Position numbers and translations under genes: made by a program
Notes under the pieces: generated by a model
Database searches by the model: none
Seen by the model: the letters and a program-made list of their open reading frames with translations, nothing else
Told to the model about the DNA's origin: nothing
Assembly: GCA_026707335.1 (NCBI GenBank)
Contig: JAPOXB010000100.1
Coordinates: 1-60,334 of the forward strand
Source: Chloroflexota bacterium
GTDB taxonomy: Bacteria; Chloroflexota; Dehalococcoidia; Bin125
Length of the DNA stretch: 60,334 bases
Reading direction: 5' to 3'
Part shown: positions 48,358 to 56,373 of the stretch, piece by piece
Layout of the letters: each line of letters begins with the position of its first letter
Position numbering within the stretch: the first letter of the stretch is position 1

Positions 48358-49227
48358 TCAGCTCCGGGCGGCCTCCCGCCGACGCTGATAGGCGGCCGTG
48401 CCGCGACCGTCGCCGAACTTGGTGTCGCGCCACTCCAGCGCCGACTTGAGCCCCTGATCACGGCTGATGCGGTTGAACTCCAGCGCCGCGGGGGCCTGAT
48501 GGGCGCGGGAGTCGATCTCGCAGGCGACGCGCTGCATCGTGCGGGCGCCCATGATCTCCAGGCCCATGTTGATCAGCCGCTTCTGCGCGGCGAGCAGATC
48601 GGAGTCGATCATCGCGAGGCGGGCGGCCAGCGCGTCGACGTGCGCGTCGAGTTCGTCGGCCGGGAAGGATTCCAGCGCGAAGCCGATCCGCGCCGCCTCG
48701 GCGCCGCTGATGCTGTCGCCGCTGAAGAGCATGCGCTTGGCCCACTGCGGGCCCAGGTGATAGAGCCACATCTGGTGCGGCGGCGTGCCCTGGGCGCGCG
48801 TGGGGGGGAAGCCGATCACCGCGTCGTCGGCGACGATGATGAGGTCGCAGAGCAGCGCGACGTCGGTGCCGCCGGCCAGGCAGTAGCCGTGGACCTTGGC
48901 GATGACCGGCTTGTGCATGTCGAACAGCGCCATCTTGTCGCGCTGCGACTTCTCCATGCGCCAGGAATCGTCGTCGATGCTGGTGCGGCCGCGATAGCCG
49001 GGGCCGGGCCCGGCGCGCCCGGGCGTGATGTCGTAGCCGGCGCTGAACGCGCGGCCCGCCCCGCTCAGCACGGCGAGATGGACGTCGGTGCGGTTGTCGG
49101 CCTCCCAAAGGGCCTCATTCAACTCCTGCATCAGGTCCGTGGAGAGGGCGTTGAGCTTCTCGGGGCGATTGAGCGTGACATAGGCCACCCCGCCGCGCTC
49201 CTCGTAGCGGATGTTCTCGAGTTCCAT
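48358..49227 (-). CDS. Enoyl-CoA hydratase/isomerase family protein
   Basis: 289 aa from ATG 49227 (AAGGAG SD upstream). Motifs VTLNRPEKLNAL, LSGAGRAFSAGYDI and GYCLAGGTDVALLCDLIIVADDAVIGFP. The 525-aa track ORF is over-extended. Confidence 0.9.
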   Translation of the reverse strand: MELENIRYEERGGVAYVTLNRPEKLNALSTDLMQELNEALWEADNRTDVHLAVLSGAGRAFSAGYDITPGRAGPGPGYRGRTSIDDDSWRMEKSQRDKMALFDMHKPVIAKVHGYCLAGGTDVALLCDLIIVADDAVIGFPPTRAQGTPPHQMWLYHLGPQWAKRMLFSGDSISGAEAARIGFALESFPADELDAHVDALAARLAMIDSDLLAAQKRLINMGLEIMGARTMQRVACEIDSRAHQAPAALEFNRISRDQGLKSALEWRDTKFGDGRGTAAYQRRREAARS

Positions 49228-49286
49228 GGGGGCTCCTTGTGCCGTTGCCGCCGGGACGCGACCGCGCGCCCGCCATCGGCGGGAGT

Positions 49287-49757
49287 CTAGCGCGCCCCGC
49301 CGTCCCGGAGCAGGGCGAGCAGTTGGGCGACGGGATCGGGCTCGGAGAGGGTGTGCAGCGGGACGCCGCGCAGGTCGGGGATGTCCTCGACGCCGGTCGC
49401 CTCGCCGACGACGAACAGGCGCGGGTGGGGCGATCGGGCCAGCTCGCGCGCGGCGACCTCGAGCAGGGCGGAGCCGCCCGCCGCGGTGGCCACGACCGCC
49501 ACGTCGAGGCCGCCCAGTTGCTTGGCCAGCTTGCGCGTCGCCACCCGGATGTTGGTGGGGTTGGTCAGATCGACGGCCTGCGCCGCCCCGCCCGGTCCCG
49601 CTAGCCGCTTGAGCGCGAAGAGGGCGGCGCCCTCGGTCGTGGCGGAGGTGATCGCCACCTGCGCTCCGGCCGCGCGCAGCGCGCGCACGAGCGCGGGGCC
49701 GTGCCCCGTCTCCGCGCCGTAGACGATGCAGCGTCGATCGTGGATCGCTTCGACCAT
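49287..49757 (-). CDS. Hypothetical 156-aa Rossmann-like protein (half-SDR: nucleotide-binding motif present, catalytic half absent)
   Basis: CIVYGAETGHGPALVRALRAAGAQVAITS contains GxxxGxG. No YxxxK region is present, and the protein ends after about 156 aa. Confidence 0.55.
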   Translation of the reverse strand: MVEAIHDRRCIVYGAETGHGPALVRALRAAGAQVAITSATTEGAALFALKRLAGPGGAAQAVDLTNPTNIRVATRKLAKQLGGLDVAVVATAAGGSALLEVAARELARSPHPRLFVVGEATGVEDIPDLRGVPLHTLSEPDPVAQLLALLRDGGAR

Positions 49758-49933
49758 CGCCGCCTCCCGTCGGTCGCATCGTACGCATTGGGCCGCTTCC
49801 CGGTCCCCAACGTTGCCCCGCCGCTAGCGCGGACGCGCGCCGATCGGATAGCCTGCCGCGCGCGACGCCGCGAGAGCGACGCCCGCCTGTGCGCGGCCCG
49901 CGGCGCGAGACGCGAGGAACCGAGGGAGCACTC

Positions 49934-51064
49934 ATGGACCTGGGCCTGTCCGAAGAACAGGAAATGTTGAAGAACTTCGCGCGCGACTTCCTGGAGAAGG
50001 AGTCGCCCGAGAAGCTCGTCCGCGAGATGGAAGAGGACGAGCGCGGCTACACCGACGCGCTCTGGCAGGGCATGGCCGCCCAGGGCTGGCAGGGCCTAAT
50101 GATCGCGGAGGAGCACGGCGGCATCGGCATGGACTTCCTGGATCTCTGCGTGCTGCTGGAGGAGTTCGGCCGGGCGCTGGTGCCGGGGCCGTTCATCAGC
50201 ACCGTCGTGCTGGGGGCCATCCCGGTGCAACTGGCCGGCAGCGACGCCCAGAAGCAGGAGATCCTGCCCAAGGTCGCCGCCGGCGAGCGCGTCATGACGC
50301 TGGCCTTCACGGAGCCGTCCGGCCGCTTCGACGCCGAGGGCGTCGAGCTGCGCGCCGAGCCCCAGGGCGACGGCTACGTGCTGAACGGGACCAAGCTGTT
50401 CGTCCCCGACGCGCACGTGGCCGACCAGATGGTCGTCGTGGCGCGGACGGGCGGCAGCGGCGAGGACGGGATCACGCTCTTCCTCGTCGACGGCAAGGCG
50501 GCCGGCGTGACCAGCACCGTCCTCAAGACGATCGCCGCCGACAAGCAGTGCGAGGTGAGCTTCGAGAACGTCGCCGTCGGGGCCGACGCGGTGCTGGGCG
50601 AGGTCGGCGGCGGCTGGGCGACGATGCACCAGCTCCAGCGCCGGGCGACCGTCGCCTACTGCGCCTACCTGGTCGGCCTGGCACAGCGCGACTTCGAGAT
50701 CAGCGTGGACTACGCCAAGGAGCGCATCCAGTTCGGGCGCCCGATCGGCTCCTTCCAGGCGATCCAGCACAAGGCGGCCGACATGGTCACCGACGTCGAC
50801 GGCTCCCGCTTCATCATGTACCGCGCGGCCTGGGCGGTGAACGAGGACGAGGACGACCAGGACCTGCAGGTCAGCATGGCCAAGGCCTGGTGCTCCGACG
50901 CCAGCCGCCGGGTGGTCGCGCACGGGCAGCAGATCCACGGCGGCATCGGCTTCACGAAGGAGTACATCATCCAGCTCTACTTCCGCCGGCAGAAGATGGC
51001 CGAGCTGATGTGGGGCGACGGCGAGTACCATCGCGAGAAGGTCGCGGACCTGCTGGCGATCTAG
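49934..51064 (+). CDS. Acyl-CoA dehydrogenase
   Basis: 376 aa from ATG 49934 (GAGGGAG SD upstream). Motifs LSEEQEMLKNFARDF, FTEPSGRFD, YAKERIQFGRPIGSFQAIQHK and QIHGGIGFTKEY. Confidence 0.93.
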   Translation: MDLGLSEEQEMLKNFARDFLEKESPEKLVREMEEDERGYTDALWQGMAAQGWQGLMIAEEHGGIGMDFLDLCVLLEEFGRALVPGPFISTVVLGAIPVQLAGSDAQKQEILPKVAAGERVMTLAFTEPSGRFDAEGVELRAEPQGDGYVLNGTKLFVPDAHVADQMVVVARTGGSGEDGITLFLVDGKAAGVTSTVLKTIAADKQCEVSFENVAVGADAVLGEVGGGWATMHQLQRRATVAYCAYLVGLAQRDFEISVDYAKERIQFGRPIGSFQAIQHKAADMVTDVDGSRFIMYRAAWAVNEDEDDQDLQVSMAKAWCSDASRRVVAHGQQIHGGIGFTKEYIIQLYFRRQKMAELMWGDGEYHREKVADLLAI

Positions 51065-51107
51065 CGCCGCGGTAACTCAGTGGGTGGCGGGGTGAGCCCC
51101 CGATGTG

Positions 51108-51132
51108 GAAGCCCGGGCATCGCCCGGGCTTC
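51108..51132. terminator. Strong hairpin GAAGCCCGGGC-ATC-GCCCGGGCTTC between convergent ACAD and ADH genes
   Basis: 11-bp perfect inverted repeat 44 nt after the ACAD stop. No U-tract, which is common in high-GC genomes. Confidence 0.45.
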
Positions 51133-51322
51133 CCGGCGTCCGGGGGCGGGAGTCCGGCAGTTCGCCGGACATCTCCCGTGACAAGATCGATGACAAGTTC
51201 TCCCCGGATGCGGCGAATTCGCCAAGCATCACGGGGCCATTGTCGACACCGCAGAACGGCAGTTCTGTTGACAACTTGCGTGTCAGTGACCGCCGACAGC
51301 GCGTCCGTCCCCCTGAGGGCGA

Positions 51323-52429
51323 TCAGTCGAACACGATGACGCCGCGGCCGTTCTCCCCGCGCGCGAGGTCGGCGTAGGCGGCGTCGATCTGCTCCAGCCG
51401 GTAGCGGCGCTGGACGAGACCATCGACATCGAGGCGGCCGCTGCGGTAGAGGTCGACCATCGTGCGGAACGATTCGTGCGGGCTGACGAAGCCGTAGTAG
51501 CAGCCCAGGATGCGCTTCTGGGCGCGGACGAGGTCGACGAGGTTGATCGGCGCGCTGTCCTCGACGCCGGCCAGGCCGACGACGACGGCCGTGCCGCCCT
51601 TGCCCAGGCTGTCGACGGCGTTGCGCGTGGTCTCGGGGCTGCCGAAGACGTCGTAGCTGAAGTCGGCGCCGCCGCCGGTCAGTTCGCGCACCGCCTTGAC
51701 CGCGTCGACGTCCCGCGCGTTGACGGTGTCGGTGGCGCCGAAGCCGCGGGCAAATTCCAGCTTGTGGTCGTGGATGTCGACGGCGATGATGCGCGCGGCG
51801 TTCATCAGCGCCGCCCCCTGCACGACGTTGAGCCCCACGCCGCCGCAGCCGAACACGGCCACGGTCGAGCCGGGCTGGATCTCCGGCGTGTTGACGACCG
51901 CGCCGACACCGGTCGTGACGCAGCAGCCGATCAGCGCCGCGGCCTCCATCGACACGTCGTCGGGGACCGGGTAGCAGGCCTGGGTGGGGCAGACGAGCCG
52001 CTCGGCGAAGACGCCCAGCTTGCCCATCTGCGGGATGCCCAGCCCCTCGGCGTCGGTCAGCCGAGTGGTGCCGTCGTACTGGCGGGTGCCGGTCGCCGCG
52101 TTGGTGTCGCACAGGTTCGAACGCCCGCGCCGGCAGCTTGAGCAGTGCCCGCAGTTGGAAACGAAGGAAAGGATGCAGCGGTCGCCGGGCTGGACGGCGG
52201 TGACGCCCGGCCCCACCGACTCGACCGTGCCCGCCCCCTCGTGGCCGAGGACGGAGGGCAAGGGGAGCGCGGTCATCCCCTGCATGACGTGGTGGTCGCT
52301 GGCGCAGATGCCGGCCGCCCCCACCCGCACGACGACCTCCCCGGGGTGCGGGTCCTCCATCTGCAGCTCGCGGATCCGATGCGGCTCGTTGGCGCGGTAG
52401 AGCACCGCGGCGCGGGTCGTGCTGGTCAT
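51323..52429 (-). CDS. Zn-dependent alcohol dehydrogenase (MDR family, class III/mycothiol-type-like)
   Basis: 368 aa from ATG 52429 (GAGGAG SD upstream). Motifs GICASDHH, VLGHEGAGTVESVG, structural Zn site CGHCSSCRRGRSNLC, and GCGGVGLNVVQGA. Confidence 0.92.
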   Translation of the reverse strand: MTSTTRAAVLYRANEPHRIRELQMEDPHPGEVVVRVGAAGICASDHHVMQGMTALPLPSVLGHEGAGTVESVGPGVTAVQPGDRCILSFVSNCGHCSSCRRGRSNLCDTNAATGTRQYDGTTRLTDAEGLGIPQMGKLGVFAERLVCPTQACYPVPDDVSMEAAALIGCCVTTGVGAVVNTPEIQPGSTVAVFGCGGVGLNVVQGAALMNAARIIAVDIHDHKLEFARGFGATDTVNARDVDAVKAVRELTGGGADFSYDVFGSPETTRNAVDSLGKGGTAVVVGLAGVEDSAPINLVDLVRAQKRILGCYYGFVSPHESFRTMVDLYRSGRLDVDGLVQRRYRLEQIDAAYADLARGENGRGVIVFD

Positions 52430-52530
52430 GACGCTCCTCGTCCCTGCGCGGTCCGTCGGGACGCGGTGCGCCGCGCCCCGCGAGGCGCCGCACAGGATAG
52501 GGCCGCGGGCGGGGAAACGCCCGGAGCGCG

Positions 52531-53484
52531 TCAGCGCCGGCGCGAGAGCCAGAGCCGGTAGAGCGCGCCCGTCGCGACGGCGGCGGCCGCGACCGCGCCG
52601 ATCACGCCCCAGACCCAGGCCGGCACGTCGCTGTCGGCGAGACCGCCGCTGCCGGAGGCGGGCAGCCCCTCGGGCGCCGCGGCGGCCTCCGGTTCGTCGT
52701 CCGGCTGCGGCGCGTCCGGCGGCGGCTCGATGTGGCCCTCGGGCAGCGGCGCGCCCGCGACCTGGCCCAGCGGGATGCCGGACTCGGCCAGCCGCACGGC
52801 AGTCCCCGTGTCGTCCGTGTGGTAGCGGTAGGCGACCTCGCCGTCGCTCAGCCACACCGCGAAGCCGTCGACCAGGGCGGTCGTGCAGACGCCGTCGGGC
52901 TCGTACACGCCGAGGCAGCCGTCGCGCCAAGTCAGCGCCTCGGCGCGCAGCACCGTGTATGCGGCCGGATCGTCGCCGCCCAGGCGCTCCGCGAGGTCCG
53001 CCTGCGCCGCTTCGAAGGCGTCGTCGGGGATCCGGACGGGCGGCGGCGGTGGCGCAGGCTCGTCGTCTGGCGGCGCGACCTGGCCCTCGGGCAGCGGCGC
53101 TCCAGCGACCCGGTCCAGCGGGATGCCGGACTCGGCCAGCCGCACGGAGGTTCCCGTCCCGTCCGTGTGGTAGCGGTAGCCGACCGTGCCGTCGCTCAGC
53201 CAGAGCGCGAAGCCATCGACGATAGCGGTCGCACAGGCGGTGTCAGGCTCGTACACGCCGAGGCAGTAGTCGCTCCAGGTCACCGCCTCGGATCGCAGCA
53301 GCTCGTACGCGGCCGGATCGGCGCCGCCCAGCCGCTCCGCGAGGTCCGCCTGCGCCGCCTCGACGACGCTGTCGGGGGCCTCGGCATACAGACGCCCCGG
53401 CGCGGCCAGCGCCGCCAGGACGGCCAACAGGGCCAGGGCGACCACGAGGAGGTGAGCGGGGCGAGCGGTGCGGGCCAAGTGCAT
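52531..53484 (-). CDS. Secreted/anchored protein with two tandem ~100-aa domains and an LPASG-TM-RRR C-terminus
   Basis: N-terminal signal-like LLVVALALLAVLAALAAPG. Two repeats (EAAQADLAERLGG.DPAAY ... CLGVYEPD..C ... WLSDG.V.YRYHTD.TGT.VRLAESGIPL). Pro-rich linkers. C-terminal LPASG, hydrophobic helix, then RRR. Confidence 0.7.
   Translation of the reverse strand: MHLARTARPAHLLVVALALLAVLAALAAPGRLYAEAPDSVVEAAQADLAERLGGADPAAYELLRSEAVTWSDYCLGVYEPDTACATAIVDGFALWLSDGTVGYRYHTDGTGTSVRLAESGIPLDRVAGAPLPEGQVAPPDDEPAPPPPPVRIPDDAFEAAQADLAERLGGDDPAAYTVLRAEALTWRDGCLGVYEPDGVCTTALVDGFAVWLSDGEVAYRYHTDDTGTAVRLAESGIPLGQVAGAPLPEGHIEPPPDAPQPDDEPEAAAAPEGLPASGSGGLADSDVPAWVWGVIGAVAAAAVATGALYRLWLSRRR
52735..53376 (-). 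repeat. Intragenic tandem duplication (two units, period 351 nt)
   Basis: Unit 1 is 53083..53376 and unit 2 is 52735..53025. The protein units are more than 70 percent identical by eye. Confidence 0.85.
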
Positions 53485-53620
53485 GGCGTCTCCAGTTCAA
53501 CGGGTCCGTTCACCGCGGCAGGACGCCGGCGACGCGCCGGCGGTTCCCGGCCCCATGATTACAGCGTTGCACATCCGCCGTGGGTAGACGGCCTCGGCCC
53601 CGCGTCGATAGCCTGCGCGG

Positions 53621-54229
53621 GTGAGCCCACCTCGTCAACCCGAGTCGAAGGACGCCGCGCCGCGCAGCGGCTTCGTTCGCATCGAGCAGGTCGGCGACGA
53701 CGGCCTGCGCGTGCGCACGATCTGGACGCCGTTCCCGGCCTGGCTGATCCCCGTCGCCTTCTCGCTGGCCGTCGGCCTCATCGCGATCCTCATCGCCGGG
53801 GCCATGGGCGCCGAGGAGCCCACGCGGGTGGGCGGCTTCGCGGTCCTGGCCGGCTACCTGGCGGGCGCGATCCTGTGGGCCGTGATCGGCGCGGCCGGCG
53901 GCGACCGGCAGGAGATTTTCCTGGACGGCCGCACGGAGACCGGGCAGGTCGACCAGCGCATGCTCTGGATCTGGGGGCGCAACTGGGACTTCGAGATGGA
54001 CGACGTCGATCGCATCTACGTGTGGATGAAGCGCGGCCGCTTCATCTTCCGGATGAACCAGACCCACTACGCCGCGATCGGCTTCTACGAGCGACCGCCC
54101 CTCTCGCTGGGCACCTACCACACGGATCACGAAGTGATGGCCGCGGCCGTGCCGCTGGGGACGTTCATCGGCGTGCCGGTGCGCCGCAACGAGCAGCCTC
54201 CCAGACGCCCGCGAACGCTCGACCCATGA
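53621..54229 (+). CDS. Hypothetical membrane protein (2 TM plus soluble C-terminal domain)
   Basis: 202 aa from a GTG start. TM helices WLIPVAFSLAVGLIAILIAGAM and FAVLAGYLAGAILWAVIGAA. Its stop overlaps the HIT gene start (ATGA). Confidence 0.55.
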   Translation: MSPPRQPESKDAAPRSGFVRIEQVGDDGLRVRTIWTPFPAWLIPVAFSLAVGLIAILIAGAMGAEEPTRVGGFAVLAGYLAGAILWAVIGAAGGDRQEIFLDGRTETGQVDQRMLWIWGRNWDFEMDDVDRIYVWMKRGRFIFRMNQTHYAAIGFYERPPLSLGTYHTDHEVMAAAVPLGTFIGVPVRRNEQPPRRPRTLDP

Positions 54230-54579
54230 GCGGCCCCGCCGCCGACTGCCTGTTCTGCAAGATGGCGTGCGGCGAGATCCCCATCGATCCCCTGGTCGAG
54301 AACACGCACGTCTTCGCCATCCGCGACATCAATCCGCGCGCGCCGGTGCACGTGCTCATCATCCCGCGGCGGCACATCCCCGACGCCAACGCGCTGCGGC
54401 CCGCCGACGCGCCGCTGCTGGGCGAGGTGTTCACGGCCGCCGCGACGGTCGCCGGGATGGAGGGCGTCGCCGCCGACGGCTATCGCCTGGCGTTCAACGT
54501 CGGCGAGGCGGCCGGCATGACCATCCCGCACCTGCACCTGCACCTCGTGGGCGGGCGGCGGCTGGCCGCCGAGGGCTAG
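54226..54579 (+). CDS. HIT-family nucleotide hydrolase/transferase (HinT-like)
   Basis: 117 aa. CLFCKM..GEIP, HVLIIPRRH, and the histidine triad HLHLHLVGG. Confidence 0.92.
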   Translation: MSGPAADCLFCKMACGEIPIDPLVENTHVFAIRDINPRAPVHVLIIPRRHIPDANALRPADAPLLGEVFTAAATVAGMEGVAADGYRLAFNVGEAAGMTIPHLHLHLVGGRRLAAEG

Positions 54580-54583
54580 CCTC

Positions 54584-55192
54584 GTGCCGGGCGCGGACAC
54601 CACGGCGGCGGTCGAGACGCTGCGGGCGCGGGCGGCGGAGTTGCCCGACTGGCTGCGGGCGCACACGGGGCGGGTCGTGGCCGAAGGGCGGCGGCTGGCG
54701 CAGCTGCACGAGACCGACCCGCTGCGCGTGCAGGCCGCCGCCTGGGGCCACGACCTCTACCGCCACCTCGACGACGAGGCGCTGCTGTGCGCCGCCCGCG
54801 ATCTGGCGATCGCGCCGGACGCGGCCGAGCGGGCCGAGCCCATCCTCCTGCACGGCCCCCTGGCCGCGGCGCGGGCGCGGCGGGCCTGGGGCGTCGGCGA
54901 CGCCGAGGTGCTCGACGCGATCCGCGTCCACACCACGGGCCGTCCGGGGATGGGCCCCGTCGCGCTGACGCTCTTCCTGGCCGACAAGCTGGAGCCGGCC
55001 AAAGTCGCGGCCGACCCCGGACTGGCGGGCATCCGCGTGCTGGCGGAGCGCGACCCCATCGCGGCGCTGCTGGCCTTCCTCGATCGCCGCATCATGCACT
55101 ACGTGTCGGCCGGGCGCGTGCTGCATCCGCTGGCGCTCGAGACGCGGAACTGGGCGCTGGCGCAGGTGACCGGCGACGGTGGCGGAGGCTAG
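54584..55192 (+). CDS. yqeK: HD-domain protein YqeK (bis(5'-nucleosyl)-tetraphosphatase, symmetrical)
   Basis: 202 aa from a GTG start 4 nt after the HIT stop. Contains the HD motif AAWGHDLYR, plus HGPLAA, IRVHTTG and LFLADKLEP. Confidence 0.8.
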   Translation: MPGADTTAAVETLRARAAELPDWLRAHTGRVVAEGRRLAQLHETDPLRVQAAAWGHDLYRHLDDEALLCAARDLAIAPDAAERAEPILLHGPLAAARARRAWGVGDAEVLDAIRVHTTGRPGMGPVALTLFLADKLEPAKVAADPGLAGIRVLAERDPIAALLAFLDRRIMHYVSAGRVLHPLALETRNWALAQVTGDGGGG

Positions 55193-55218
55193 GCGGAAGA
55201 CCAGAACACCTGTGCGTG

Positions 55219-55224
55219 TATAGT
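55219..55224 (+). promoter_or_regulatory. Possible -10 box TATAGT upstream of ruvB
   Basis: TATAGT lies 29 nt upstream of the ruvB ATG, in the short gap after yqeK. No convincing -35 element. Confidence 0.25.
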
Positions 55225-55252
55225 AGTGCGGACGGCGGCGGGGCGGGACGGC

Positions 55253-56359
<1,107 letters not shown>

Positions 56360-56373
56360 CGCGCGGGACGGCG

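Noticed and set aside
51077-51274. 65-aa minus-strand ORF (TTG start), and the overlapping 78-aa and 90-aa plus-strand ORFs, in the ACAD/ADH spacer
   Set aside because: Third-position G/C is only about 75 percent. There is no SD. The ORFs run through the strong terminator-like hairpins. The region is treated as non-coding.
52735-53376. Two 351-nt-period repeats as a possible CRISPR or satellite array
   Set aside because: There are only two units. They are in frame inside a high-GC3 coding sequence and are translated into a duplicated protein domain. There is no repeat-spacer structure.
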